The translations under genes were made by a program, and so were the position numbers. Positions 40,497-51,653 of a stretch of DNA of 64,000 nucleotides are shown here, piece by piece. The notes beneath the pieces are model-generated. The model worked only from the letters and a program-made list of their open reading frames with translations. It was not told the origin of the DNA and ran no database searches. The number at the start of each line of letters is the position of its first letter. Position 1 is the stretch's first letter. The stretch covers positions 39,250-103,249 of the forward strand of contig CAVVYR010000026.1 of NCBI GenBank assembly GCA_963752475.1, in the 5' to 3' direction. Source of the DNA: an uncultured Chloroflexia bacterium (GTDB lineage Bacteria; Chloroflexota; Limnocylindria; Limnocylindrales; CSP1-4).

Positions 40497-42383
40497 CTAC
40501 CGCGCTACCAGCGAGCCCGGGATCGAGCCGTCCTCGCCCCGTTCGGCCGCCTCGATGGCCAGCGCAGCGCTGATGATGCCGACGTGGCTAAAGGCTTGTG
40601 GGAAGTTGCCCAGCTGCTCGCCGGTGTGCGGGTCGATCTCCTCGGCCAGCAGACCGAGATCGTTGGTGCAGGCCAAGACCAGCTCGAGGCGCTCCCTGGC
40701 CCGTTCGACCTGGCCGCTCCGGGCCAGGGCCGTGACCATCCAGAGGGTGCAGAAGGCGAACGTGCCCTCGTGCCCTTCGAGGCCGTCATCGCTGAGATAG
40801 CGATAGATGTGTCCGTTCGCTCCCAGATCCTCATCGATGGCCTCGATGGTGGCCAGCACGCGCGGGTCGGTCGCGGGAAGGAAGCCGAGGTTGGGGATCT
40901 GCAGGGCAGCCGCGTCCAGGGCCGTCGATCCGAAGGCCTGGGTGAAGACCCCACGTGCGGGGTCCACGCCCTCGGTCTCGATCCGCCGCCGCATCTCATC
41001 GCGCGCGGTGCGCCAATGGTCGGGTACGGCCTCCACACCGTCGTGGTCCTCGATGAGCCGGATGCCCAGGTCGACCGCAAGCCACATCATCAGCTTGCTG
41101 AAGAGGAAGTGCCGGGCCCCGCCGCGAACCTCCCAGATGCCCTCATCGACGACATCGAACTCAGAGATGGCGCGCTCCACGACCTCTTCGACGAAGCGTT
41201 CGTAGTGCGGGTCGACGATGTTCGCCCGCCTCGCCCGAGTGCGTCTCGCTGAACCAGGTCGAGGCCAGCAGCCAGCCGTAGGTATCGTGCTGTGATTGGT
41301 CCCAGGCGCCGTTGCCGATGCGCACGGGCTTCGAACCGCGGTAGCCCGAGAGGTGCGGCAGCTCGGTCTCGCTCAGGATGCGCTCGCCGCCGATGCCGTA
41401 CATGATCTGCAGCTCCGAGGCCCGACCGGCGGTCGTATGGCGGATCCACTCGCTGAACTGGCCGCACTCGTAGTCGTGGCCCAGGCGTCGGAGTGCGACG
41501 AGCATCGTGGTCGAGTCGCGCACCCAGGTGTAGCGGTAGTCCCAGTTGCGAACGCCGCCGATCTCCTCCGGCAGGGAGGTGGTGGCCGCAGCGATGACGG
41601 CGCCCGTCTTGCCATCGGTCAGGCCCTTGATGGCCAAGGCGCTGCGTTCGACGGCCTCCTTGTACGGCCCGTCGTAGCCGGTCTGTTCGGTCCAGCGTTC
41701 CCAGAAGCGCACGGTCGAGTCGAGTTCGGCCACGGCCAGTGCATGAGGGATGCGGCTGGTGTCGGGTCCGCTGGGTGTGGACCAGGTGATGGAGATGACC
41801 CGCTCGTCGCCGGCTTCGACGACGGCATGCGCATCCACGCCACCGCTGGCCGTCGCGTGGCAGTGGCCCGATCTCGCTCTCGAGCAGCAGGGCATCAGCA
41901 CTGCCGGTGGCGAGCGACGAGGTCGTCCGCCAGCTCCGTGATGTAGGGCGTGGTCAGGCCGTACTCGAACCGGGGCCGGAAGGTGAGGCCCATCTCCACG
42001 GTGCCGCTGACGCCTCGCACGATGCGGATGAGCGAGTGACGCGATCCGAGACGATGGGCCACGCCGACCTCTTCGGGGTCGGGCTCCACGGGCATGAAGT
42101 CGGTGAGTGTGACCACGCCCGATGGGGTCGTGAAGGTCGTCTCGAGGACGTTGGTGCCGGGCAGATAGCGCCGCTCGATGCGCGTCTCCGCCGCGGTGGG
42201 GGCGACCTGGAAGAAGCCGCCGATCTCTCGGTCGAGCAGACGGGCGAAGACCGGCCGGCCGTCGAAGCGATGGAAGACGGCCCAGTCGATCGAGCCGTCG
42301 CGGGCCACGAGCGCGAGCGAATGGCAGTCGCTCAGGAAGGCATAGTCCGAGATCGGCGGGAAGTCGTCGCTCGAACGCGCCAT
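40497..42383 (-). CDS. GH15 glycoside hydrolase (trehalase/glucoamylase-like); several frameshifts
   Basis: PISDYAFLSDC, AATTSLPE.IGG.RNWDYRYTW.RD, GIWEVR and LGNFPQAFSH across three ORFs. Confidence 0.85.
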
Positions 42384-42480
42384 GGGTCGGTCTCCTTCGG
42401 TCCGGTCGTAGGCCCCTATTCTGCCCGCCCGTCCCGATGGGGCGTGTCCACCGCCACGACCGCCTGAGCCCGGGCCACGT

Positions 42481-44728
42481 CTAGCGCTCCTCGATCGGCA
42501 CCTCGATCGGGACGGGCTCGAGCTCGCGTGCCGGCGCCTCGAAGTCGAAGTGCGGCATCCACTTGAGGAAGCCCGGCAGATACCAGTTGGCGTCGCCCAG
42601 GAGGCGCATCGTGGACGGCACCAGGATCGTGCGCACCACGAAGGCGTCGACGAAGACCGCCACCGCGAGGCCCAGGCCCATCTGCTGCAGCGCGGGCAGG
42701 CTGCCAAGGGCGAAGCCCATGAACACGGCCACCATGATCAGCGCCGCACCGGTGATGATCGAGCCGGTCGTGCGCAGGCCATGGGCCACCGCTTCGGTCG
42801 TATCGCCGGTCTTGTCCCAGTACTCCTTGACTCGGCTGAGCAGGAAGATCTGGTAGTCCATCGAGAGGCCGAAGAGGATGGTGAAGAGCATCAGCGGCAA
42901 CCAGGCCTCGATGGCGTCGACCTGGGTGAAGAGGCCCAGGAGCGGCCCGTTCTCCTGCCCGTTCTGGAAGACGAGCACGAGGATGCCGTAGGCCGCGGCC
43001 ACCGAGAGCAGGTTCATGAGGATGGACGTGAGCGGGATGACCAGCGAGCGGAAGACCACCAGCAGCAGCAGGAAGCTCAGGCCCAGGACCCAGGCGAAGA
43101 CGATCGGCTGGGCCTCGCGGGCATCATCGAAGAAGTCCACGTTGAAGGCCGCGCCTCCACCCACGAGCACCGCCACGTCGAGGCCGGCGAAGACGGCCGG
43201 GATGGTCTCCGTCACGGAGGGTGGAGACGGCGCTGGTGGAGACGTCGTCCTGGAAGTCGGTAGCCAGAGCGGCGGACACGATGGCCAGCTCGCCGTCGGA
43301 GCCTTGCTCCACGGTCGCCGGGGAGAAGAGCGGCAGCGTCGCGCCGTCGAGCTCGTATTCGTAGCCGGCCATGGCGGTCTGCAGCTCGGCGATAGCGGTC
43401 TCCACCTCCGGCGTGATGGCGCCGTCGACGACGACCTCCACCGGTGTACCGGAGCCGGCCGGGATGCCGGCCGCGGTGAGCAGCTCGTAGCCCTCGCGTG
43501 AGGGGGTGTCGTCCGGGAGCGTGGTCACGCCGGAGAAGCCGGCGTCGAGTCGGAGCCAGAACGAGGCGAAGAAGAGCAGGACCAGGCTGGAGGCGATGAG
43601 GCTGATCCACGGGCGGGCCATGACGCCACGGCCGACGCGATCCCAGACCCCGCCGCGCTGCTCGGGATCCGCCGCCGGCTTGCGCACGCGCAAGCGTTCG
43701 ATGCGGTCGCCCAGGAGCGCGAGGACAGCGGGCAGGAGCGTCATCGCGGCCAGGACCGCGGCGATGACGACGGTGACGGCACCCAGGCCCAGCGAGACGA
43801 AGATCGAGGCCGGCACGAGGAGCATGGCCGAGACCGCCAGCACCACGATGAGCCCGGAGAAGAAGACGGCGCGGCTGGCCGTGCCCCCGGCGCGCTCGAT
43901 GGCGTCGATCGTCCCGTAGCCGATCTGGCGCTCCTCGCGGTACCGCGACACGATGAAGAGCGAGTAGTCGATCCCCACCGCGAGGCCGATCATCGTGACC
44001 ATGTTGGTGACGAAGAACGACAGCTCCAGCAGCTGGCCCAGGAGGGTGATGAGGCCCAGGGCCACGGTGATGGCCACGATGGCCAGGATGATGGGCACGA
44101 CCGCGGCGACCACGGTGCCGAAGACGACGACGAGGATGATGAGGGCGATGAGGACGCCGATGGCCTCGCCTCGCTGGAGCGTCTCCTCAGCGAGATGCGT
44201 GAAATCCTCGTTGAGCGTGCCGTTGCCGAAGGTGCGGACGGTGAAGCCCTCCGGCACGCCCGTGGCCTCGATGATGGCGTTCATCTCGCCGGCGACCTGC
44301 TGGAGGACGCCGAACGACTGGGTCTGGATGACGACCGGCAGGAGGGCGGTCGTGCCATCCTCCGAGACGGGGCCGCTCTCGGTCAGGTAGCTGCCGACGA
44401 AGACGACCTCGGTCTCCCCGATGAGGGCGCTGAGCGCGTCCTGCAGCTCGCCGACGTAGGCGGCGAAGGCCGGGTCCTGGACCGTGCCGGTCTCCGAGGC
44501 CACGATGACGAGCTCGGGGATCGTGGTCTCGCCGCGCAGCTCCTCGATGAGGGTTGCGGCCTGCTCCGACTCAGGGTTGTCGGTGAAGCTGAAGTCGGTG
44601 GTGAGAGCACTGCCGATCATCGTGGCCGCGATGGCGAAGGTGACGACGAGGGTGACCAGCCAGATGCCGACGACCGTCCACGGTCGTTGGGCGCTGGTTC
44701 GCGCGAGGGCGGCAGAGGACAAACGCAT
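42481..44728 (-). CDS. MMPL family transporter; frameshift near 43212
   Basis: GLAVGIDYSLFIVSRYREE, FGLSMDYQIFL and DAFVVRTILVP motifs. Confidence 0.88.
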
Positions 44729-44944
44729 TCGGATCTCTCCGTTGGGGTGAGGCTGTGTCGCGGCCGCCCCCCAGCGTGAACATGTAGTGCCCGGCTGCAT
44801 GATGGTACATGCAGCCGCCGAGGTGGCCGGTTTCGCGGCCGGCCTTCTGGGAGCGTGACCTCTTCGCCGACAGGCGGAGTCGGGGGCGCCGGCAGAAGCG
44901 CGTAGCATCAGGCCCTCGGAACGACAGCCACGGAACAGGAGCCC

Positions 44945-46093
44945 ATGACCAGACATCCACTGTTGAGCCTTACGGCGGCCACCGTCGTGCTACTGCTGCC
45001 CCTGGGTGGCGCCATCGCACAGGACGACCCCCAGGCGTTCCCGCCGGACGCCGTCGCAGACGCGCAAGCGCAGATGGACGCGCTGTCGGCCGGGGGCCTT
45101 CCGCCCGGCATGGTCGCGTGGATCGACACACCCGAGTATCGCTTCGCGGGAGCGAGCGGTTCCGCGAACCTCGCCGACGACACGCCGATGCCACCCGACG
45201 GTGCGTTCCGGATCGGCAGCATCACCAAGATGCTCACCGCGACCGTGGTCATGCAGCTGGCCGAGGAGGGTGTGTTGTCCCTCGATGATCCGCTGGCCCT
45301 CTGGCTCCCCGACGTCGCCGACGAGCTGCCCTCTGGCGACCAGATCACGCTGCGTCAGCTGCTGGCGCACACCTCCGGCGTCTTCAACATCGTCGAGCAC
45401 GAGGCCTACTACGCCGATCTCTTCGGCGAGATGGTGGTCGACGAGACGACTGGGAACGTGTCGCTGGCCTGCGTCGAGCGAGACCCGGCCGATGCGCTCG
45501 AGCGCTACGTCTATGGCAAGGACGCCGTCTTCGAGCCAGGGGCAGGGTGGAGCTACAGCAACACCAACTACGCGCTGCTGGGCATGGTGGTCGAAGCGGC
45601 GACGCAAGCGCCGATCACCGAGGCCTATCGGGCTCGCATCTACGAGCCGCTTGGCATGGGCTCGACGTTCCTGGACTGCTACGAGGAGCCGGTGATCGAT
45701 GTCGTCCACGGCTACACGGGTTCCGGGGATGGCCTCACGGACCTGACCGAGCTCCACGAGTCGGTCGGGTGGGCCGCGGGTGGCATGGTCTCGACCGCAC
45801 CGGACCTGATCACCTTCGCTCGCGGGCTGTTCGACGGAGCGCTGCTTGACGATCCGAAGTCGCTGGCCGCGATGGTTCCTGCCCCCGGAGAGCCCTACGG
45901 CCTGGGCATCGCGAGCCAGGGTGAGTCCATCGGGCACGCGGGCTACATCGCCGGGTTTCGCTCGACGCTGACCTACGCGCCAGAGCTCGATGCGGTCGTA
46001 GTCGTGCTGTACAACCATGACTCCGCCGATCCGGAGCTGCTTGTACCGGATCTGCTCGATGCGGTGGTCTCGGACTCCGGCGCGGAGGACTGA
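44945..46093 (+). CDS. Secreted serine hydrolase (beta-lactamase/S12 family)
   Basis: FRIGSITK (SxxK), LLAHTSG, YSNTNY and GHAG motifs. Confidence 0.9.
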   Translation: MTRHPLLSLTAATVVLLLPLGGAIAQDDPQAFPPDAVADAQAQMDALSAGGLPPGMVAWIDTPEYRFAGASGSANLADDTPMPPDGAFRIGSITKMLTATVVMQLAEEGVLSLDDPLALWLPDVADELPSGDQITLRQLLAHTSGVFNIVEHEAYYADLFGEMVVDETTGNVSLACVERDPADALERYVYGKDAVFEPGAGWSYSNTNYALLGMVVEAATQAPITEAYRARIYEPLGMGSTFLDCYEEPVIDVVHGYTGSGDGLTDLTELHESVGWAAGGMVSTAPDLITFARGLFDGALLDDPKSLAAMVPAPGEPYGLGIASQGESIGHAGYIAGFRSTLTYAPELDAVVVVLYNHDSADPELLVPDLLDAVVSDSGAED

Positions 46094-46155
46094 GGCCGGC
46101 GCGCTCGCGAAGCACCTACGGGATCGGCCTGCGCCGTGGCCCAGCTCGGGAGCCG

Positions 46156-46185
46156 TTGACGCAACGCATGGCCGTGCGCTACGTT
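46156..46185 (+). promoter_or_regulatory. Promoter of a leaderless Xre-RES operon
   Basis: TTGACG-18 nt-TACGTT with ATG 6 nt downstream. Confidence 0.55.
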
Positions 46186-46191
46186 CGTTCC

Positions 46192-46524
46192 ATGGACACG
46201 CTCGCACGACAGAAGCTCGAGTCGCTGGTCGAGGGCATGGGCAGCCAGGCACAGGTCGCACGTGCGCTGGAGGTGAGCCCGTCGCGCGTGAGTCGGTGGC
46301 TCCGGGATGAGGAGCCGGACCGCGACAACCTCATCAAGCTGGAATCGGTCGAGTTCGCGCTGTCGCGCCTGCAGGCCACGTACCGGCGGCCGACGGCGCT
46401 GAAGTGGCTCTACGGCTTCAACGCGCACCTCGGCGGTGCGCGGCCGATCGACCTGCTCAATCGCGGGCGTGTCTCTGACGTCCTTCGAGCCATCGAGGCG
46501 GACGAGACCGGCGCCTACGCGTAG
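46192..46524 (+). CDS. Xre/MbcA/ParS-like antitoxin
   Basis: HTH SQAQVARALEVSPSRVSRW; C-terminal WL..FNAHLGGARPIDLL. Confidence 0.88.
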   Translation: MDTLARQKLESLVEGMGSQAQVARALEVSPSRVSRWLRDEEPDRDNLIKLESVEFALSRLQATYRRPTALKWLYGFNAHLGGARPIDLLNRGRVSDVLRAIEADETGAYA

Positions 46525-46537
46525 GGCGACCGAGCGC

Positions 46538-47119
46538 GTGCTGTACCGCGTCTACCGGGCGCTCGACGGGGCGGCGCCGACGGCAAGAGGTGGGCCGCTG
46601 TTCGTGCCGCGCGACTATCAGGGGGCGGGACGGCATGACTCGCCCGGGCGCTACGGGGCCTTCTATGCGGCGCGCTCACCGGTGGCCGCGGTGGCGGAAG
46701 TGATCCAGGCGTTCCGGGGGCGTGACCTCTCGCCGGAGGATCTGGAGCGGTCCGACGGGACGCGGCTGATGCTGGCGGCATACGACGACTCCGGGCTGGA
46801 GACGCTGTTCGATCTCGATGAGCCAGCGGTGCTGGTGGAGGAGGGGTGGCGGCCATCGGGCGTGGCCAGCCGCGACCGTTCTGTCACGCAGGGGATGGCC
46901 GTGCGGGCGTTCGAGGCGGGGGCGCTGGGTTTGAGCTGGTGGTCGACGCTCGACTCGGCCTGGACGAACGTGAGCCTGTTCGCGGAGCGGGCGTTCGAGG
47001 TCGGCGCGATCGCGGTCGACGGCGCGCCCGAGCTCCTTACCCTGAAGCACCCCGAGGTGATCGCCGCAGCCGATCATCTCGCCATTCCGCTGCAGGCTCG
47101 CCGCCGCCGACGTCGCTAG
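46538..47119 (+). CDS. RES-domain toxin
   Basis: LYRV, GRHD, FYAA.S..AVAEV and GL.WWS..NVSLF motifs. Confidence 0.85.
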   Translation: MLYRVYRALDGAAPTARGGPLFVPRDYQGAGRHDSPGRYGAFYAARSPVAAVAEVIQAFRGRDLSPEDLERSDGTRLMLAAYDDSGLETLFDLDEPAVLVEEGWRPSGVASRDRSVTQGMAVRAFEAGALGLSWWSTLDSAWTNVSLFAERAFEVGAIAVDGAPELLTLKHPEVIAAADHLAIPLQARRRRRR

Positions 47120-47141
47120 TGGGTCCCGAGCGTTGAGCCCC

Positions 47142-47522
47142 CTACTCGGCCACGAGCTGGGAGATCCGCTGGTGCGTCAGACCGAGCAACTGCCCGATGT
47201 CGCGCATGGGCATCCCGACCTGTCGTAGCGCTAGCGCCGCGGCCTTGGTCGACTCCTGCGCGGCATGCTGCGAAGCTTCGGCCTCCGAACGAGCCGCGAG
47301 GGCCTCATCGAGTGCCGCCTGCGCGGACCCCACGGCGACCGTGAGCTCGACGTCGAAGCTGTCCTCGGGAACGTCCTCGACGATCGCGATCAGGTCACGA
47401 GCCATGTTCTCGACGCCGTCGAGTCGCTTGGCCTGGGTGGAATGCCCGATGTCCTCGACCCTGACGTACCACCAATCAGGCTCCCGCTCCGCGGTCACTC
47501 GGTATGTCTTCCGTTCCGTCAT
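47142..47522 (-). CDS. HicB-like antitoxin with C-terminal HTH
   Basis: YRVTAER..WW..V..TQAKRLD..MARDLIA and MRDIGQLLGLTHQRISQL. Confidence 0.8.
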   Translation of the reverse strand: MTERKTYRVTAEREPDWWYVRVEDIGHSTQAKRLDGVENMARDLIAIVEDVPEDSFDVELTVAVGSAQAALDEALAARSEAEASQHAAQESTKAAALALRQVGMPMRDIGQLLGLTHQRISQLVAE

Positions 47523-47734
47523 CGCCACCAATCCTTCCCGAACACCCGCTCCAGCCGAACCTTCACATCCCGCTCGACGCCCGTCGACAGCTCCGCGACG
47601 TGGCGGGGGAGGAAGACCCGGACCCGACCGGCGCGCCACATCTCGTGGCTGCCGCGTTCCTCGACCAGTTCGAATCGCAGGCCGTGGCGCTTCGCTTCCC
47701 TTCTGGCCTTCTTGATGAACTCAGTTCGCTTCAC
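47519..47734 (-). CDS. HicA-like toxin
   Basis: 71 aa; RGSHE.W..G...LPRH.EL motif. Confidence 0.8.
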   Translation of the reverse strand: MKRTEFIKKARREAKRHGLRFELVEERGSHEMWRAGRVRVFLPRHVAELSTGVERDVKVRLERVFGKDWWR

Positions 47735-47752
47735 GACACTGCTCTAGTGAGG

Positions 47753-47769
47753 TTGCCTTGTCAAGGCAA
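47753..47769. promoter_or_regulatory. Palindromic operator over the hicAB -35 element
   Basis: TTGCCTTG-t-CAAGGCAA contains TTGACA on the minus strand. Confidence 0.7.
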
Positions 47770-47824
47770 TCGTGTTGGACTTAGCGATGTCCGCTGTGGC
47801 GCGCGACGCGCATGGGCCGGACCG

Positions 47825-48241
47825 TCAGGAGAGCGGGTTCGAGACTCGGATGGAGCCGTAGGTCGCGCCATCGGCCAGGTCCTCGCTGAGGACGACGGTG
47901 CAGCCCGCGACCTCGGCGGCACGGATGATGAGGGCATCCCACAGGGAGATGCCCCACGTTCGGCTGCCAGCGATGGCCCTGAGGACCAGGTCCGCGTCGA
48001 CGGGCACGACGGGGAGTTGGGCCAGTCGGTCGACCATCTGCGCCGCCTGCTCCTCGGTCATCGGCGACGCGAGCTTGCGGGTCACGACGGTGTAGAACTC
48101 ACTCAGGACCTGGCTGGAGATGGCGATGTGCGCATCTTGCCTGGGGGCGATGATCGAGCGGGCTCGCTCACGCTTGTCGGGTTCCGATCCGTCGACCGCA
48201 TAGACCCAGATGTTCGTATCGACGAAGACGCGCTCGGTCAC
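47825..48241 (-). CDS. PIN-domain toxin
   Basis: FVDTNIWVYA, SSQVLSEF, SLWDALII and LSEDL motifs. Confidence 0.9.
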   Translation of the reverse strand: MTERVFVDTNIWVYAVDGSEPDKRERARSIIAPRQDAHIAISSQVLSEFYTVVTRKLASPMTEEQAAQMVDRLAQLPVVPVDADLVLRAIAGSRTWGISLWDALIIRAAEVAGCTVVLSEDLADGATYGSIRVSNPLS

Positions 48242-48483
48242 GGTCGCCCCGGGCGGTCGTGGAGGTCATCACGGCTCCAGGTGCGACCTGCGGCACCGCT
48301 GCTGGCCTCGCTGCGGTCGGCAAGCTCAGCGAAGCCGGCGAGCGCTTGCTGCGTCCGTTGCGCACCGGTGTAGGCCTCGAGGTACTCGCGTAGCAGGGCG
48401 TTGACCGACGTGTTCTCCTCCAGGGCCTTGATGCGCGCACGCTTGAGCAGCAGATCGTCCACCGTGATCGTCAAGTTGGCCAT
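48238..48483 (-). CDS. Ribbon-helix-helix antitoxin
   Basis: MANLTITVDD.LL.RAR..A....SVNALLREYL and WSRDDLHDR motifs. Confidence 0.85.
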   Translation of the reverse strand: MANLTITVDDLLLKRARIKALEENTSVNALLREYLEAYTGAQRTQQALAGFAELADRSEASSGAAGRTWSRDDLHDRPGRP

Positions 48484-48494
48484 AGCGAGACCCT

Positions 48495-48526
48495 GTGTAG
48501 CACGGTTTCAGTGTAGCACGGGTTCA
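48495..48526. promoter_or_regulatory. 16-bp tandem direct repeat, likely RHH operator
   Basis: GTGTAGCACGGTTTCA followed by GTGTAGCACGGGTTCA, just upstream of the antitoxin start. Confidence 0.6.
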
Positions 48527-48611
48527 GCGGAGCCGATGCCAGGCCACCGGTTGCGGGGTGCGCTACCGTTCCCATCGAGCCAGCCATGAACACCTGCCGC
48601 GGAGCCACAGC

Positions 48612-49616
48612 TTGAACGAACTCGACCGCAGACTCGACCGGAAGCTCCGCACCATGGCGGAGGGGCGATACACGCCGGACGATTTCGTGATCGCCGACGC
48701 CAAGGACGCGGACATGGGCTTCGGGCTCACTGCCGCTGGGCCGGTCGACGGGGCGCCAAACGGAGTCCTCGGCCCGGGCCGCTACCAGACCCGGGAGCGC
48801 TACCTTGCTGACATGCGTGCCCAGGCGAACCATGGCGTCGTCGACATCCTGCTGACCTCGGCCTCGAATGGCGAACGTCTCGCGAGCGACGGCTCCCTGC
48901 CGGCGGACCTCACGCTGGCCATCCGTGCCAATGACACCAGCGACGTGTGGGTCGGGCGTGGAGCCGGCTACGCGGCCATGCTGTCACGCCCGTTCCGGAC
49001 CGTGGACCTCGCCGCCATCCGGCCGTTCTGCGACCTGGTCCTGTACTCCATCACCTTCAACAACGACCTCGAAGCGGACCTGGTCTCGCTGGAGGCGTAT
49101 GCCGCGTTCCGCCGCGAGGCCGAGTCGATCGGGATGCGGCATTTCCTGGAGGTGTTCAACCCCAACGCCCCGAGCCGCCTGGAGCCGGAGCAGATGGCGG
49201 CCTTCGTCAACGACTCGATCGTGCGAGCGCTCGCGGGCGTCACGCAGGCGCAACGACCGGTCTTCCTCAAGCTCGGCTACAACGGTGCGGATGCCTTGCT
49301 GGAGCTCACCGAGCACGATCCGTCCCTGGTCGTGGGGATCTACGGTGGCGCGGTGGGCACGACCCGCGACACCTTCGAGCTGCTGCATCGTGCGCACGAG
49401 CACGGGGCTCGCGTGGCGCTCTTCGGCCGCAAGATCCAGCATGCGGAGTCCCAGCTCGAGCTGGTCGACCTGCTGCGCCCGGTGCTGCGTGGCGAGCTGA
49501 GCCCGGCCGACGCGGTGCGGGCGTACCACGAGGCCCTGACGCGGGCAGATGTGCGACCCCTTCGGACCCTCGACGAGGATCTGGAGCTGACAGACCCGGT
49601 GCTGCGGTCCGAATGA
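48612..49616 (+). CDS. Uncharacterised aldolase-like TIM-barrel protein
   Basis: FVIADAKDADMGFG, HFLEVFNPN, FLKLGY and ALFGRKI motifs. TTG start after GGAG is inferred. Confidence 0.55.
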   Translation: MNELDRRLDRKLRTMAEGRYTPDDFVIADAKDADMGFGLTAAGPVDGAPNGVLGPGRYQTRERYLADMRAQANHGVVDILLTSASNGERLASDGSLPADLTLAIRANDTSDVWVGRGAGYAAMLSRPFRTVDLAAIRPFCDLVLYSITFNNDLEADLVSLEAYAAFRREAESIGMRHFLEVFNPNAPSRLEPEQMAAFVNDSIVRALAGVTQAQRPVFLKLGYNGADALLELTEHDPSLVVGIYGGAVGTTRDTFELLHRAHEHGARVALFGRKIQHAESQLELVDLLRPVLRGELSPADAVRAYHEALTRADVRPLRTLDEDLELTDPVLRSE

Positions 49617-50644
49617 TGGGCGCGGAGCGGAGCGGGGTCCTCTGCGTCGGGTCGGCGCTCGTCGACTACGGCAAGACCATCGACGCGTACCCGCCGCTCG
49701 ACGCCCTCGCCACGATCGAGGACATCTCCCGCAGCACGGGTGGCGCTGCGCTCAACATGTCGCGAGACCTGCGGCGGCTGGGTGCGTCGTTCCCCGTCGA
49801 GCTCCTTGGGTGCGTGGCGGACGATGACGATGGCTCCTTCATCCTGGAGTCCTGCGCCGGCGATGCCATCGAGACCGGGCGGGTACGGGTCCGCGAGGGA
49901 GCCACCACCGCCTTCACTGACGTGATGGTGGAGCGCGAGGGTGGCCGGCGCACGTTCTTCACGCACCTCGGAACGAACGGCTTGCTCGAGGTCGATCCCA
50001 GTGAGCTCGTGGACGTCGAGGCGCGCATCCTGCACGTCGGCAACCTCGGGTTCCATCCGCTCATGGAGCAGGTGGCAGCAGACGGCTCCAACGGGTGGTC
50101 GCGGCTCCTCGCGACTGCGCGCAACGCGGGCGTGCACACCAACCTCGAGCTCGCCACGTTGGCGCCGGAGCACCTGGAGATGGTGGTCGGACCGTGCCTG
50201 CCGCACCTCTCCTCGGTCATCATCAACGAACTGGAAGCCAGTGCCCTGACCGGCATCGGTGCGTCAGCGCCGGACGCGGATGCACCGGTGGATTGGGCGG
50301 CCATGGAAGCGCTCGCGCAGGGGCTCATCGAGCGTGGTGTCTCCTCGCTCGCGGTCGTGCACTTCCCCGCCGGCGCCGTTGCGGCGATGCCCGGTGGGCA
50401 GGTGTGGCGGCAGGGTTCCGTGCGCCTGGCACCCGATCGGGTGGTCAGCACGACCGGCGCCGGCGACGCGTTCGCTTCCGGGGTCATCTACGGGCTCCAC
50501 GAGGGCTGGTCCGTGGAGGACTGTCTCCGACTGGGCGCGGCCGCGGCCGCAACGTGCATCGGAGATGCGAACACATCGGACGGCATCGGCACGGTGAGCG
50601 AGTGTCTGGCCTTGGTGGACGAGTTGGGCTGTCGGCCCAGCTAG
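49613..50644 (+). CDS. PfkB family carbohydrate kinase
   Basis: TGGAALN, INELE and STTGAGDAF motifs; ATGA overlap. Confidence 0.88.
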   Translation: MMGAERSGVLCVGSALVDYGKTIDAYPPLDALATIEDISRSTGGAALNMSRDLRRLGASFPVELLGCVADDDDGSFILESCAGDAIETGRVRVREGATTAFTDVMVEREGGRRTFFTHLGTNGLLEVDPSELVDVEARILHVGNLGFHPLMEQVAADGSNGWSRLLATARNAGVHTNLELATLAPEHLEMVVGPCLPHLSSVIINELEASALTGIGASAPDADAPVDWAAMEALAQGLIERGVSSLAVVHFPAGAVAAMPGGQVWRQGSVRLAPDRVVSTTGAGDAFASGVIYGLHEGWSVEDCLRLGAAAAATCIGDANTSDGIGTVSECLALVDELGCRPS

Positions 50645-50658
50645 GGAGAGACCGGCGG

Positions 50659-51541
50659 TCAGGCCATCGACGCGAGCCATGCTGCTGCGATGGTGGCGAG
50701 CCCAGCAGCCTGGAGCAGCCAGCCGGCCTCACGCGACCGGGGTGACTCCTGCCATGAGAGCGCGACGCCGAGCGCGGTCGTAGCGGTCGCGACGATGGCC
50801 GCGCCGAGAGCGAGGCTCGAGGCGGCTCCGGCCGAGGCCAGTGTGGCCCACGCGAGGACGAGGATGACTGACATCAGCAGCGCGAGTGCCACCCTGGCAC
50901 GGTGGGGTCCCGAGTCGCGTCGCCAGGCTGGGCCGCTGGGCCGCCGCGTCCGAGTCCACGTCGACGAGGCTGTTGGCGAGGTGGAGTGCCGGACCGGCCA
51001 GGGCCGCGAGCGGCAGGAGGAAGAGCCACCCTGGCGGCAGGGTTCCGGCCGCCGCCAGCCACGTCCACGCGAGCATCAGCGGGAGCGCGGCGGCGAAGCA
51101 CAGCCAGCCCAGCCCCAGCCGACGCATCACCATGTCGTAGGCCACACCGCTGGCGTAGCCCGCAGCCCCCAGGGCCAGGACGACGACGCCGAAGGACGCC
51201 GAGATGCCCAGCCCGACGAGGCCCCCGAGGACGACGAGGGCGATCGCGAGCTCGATCGGGACAAGACCGGCGGGGATCGGCTTCCGTGGCCTCGAGGGAC
51301 GGTCGGCCTCGACGTCGGCGACGTCGTTGAGGGCACCGATGGAGAACTGGAACCCGAGCATCGCGAGCGCCAACACCGCTGCTACCGACCGTTCGCCACC
51401 GGCGATGAGCGCGAGGGCGGCGACGAGGATCGCGTTGAGCGCACTCGGCACCGGGTGGACCACGGCCAGCGCCAGTAGTGCACGCCTGATCCTCGGTCGC
51501 GGTGCCGTGCGGTCGGACCTGTCGGGCGGATGCGGGTGCAT
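50659..51541 (-). CDS. UbiA family prenyltransferase; frameshift near 50900
   Basis: GALNDVADVEADR..RKPIPAG and HLANSLVDVDSD..SLATRLG motifs; the last TM helices are in another frame. Confidence 0.8.
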
Positions 51542-51653
51542 GTGCGCCCATGATGAGGCTGACGCTCCAGTGGAGGAGGGATCGGGGTGGTCGGAGGATG
51601 GAAGTCCGTCTGGCTCGAAGTCGCAGGCGCGACGGCACCCCGGTATCGCCGGG

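Noticed and set aside
46156-48526. TA cluster as an integron cassette array
   Set aside because: Mixed orientations, no repeated attC-like sites recognised, and no integron integrase.
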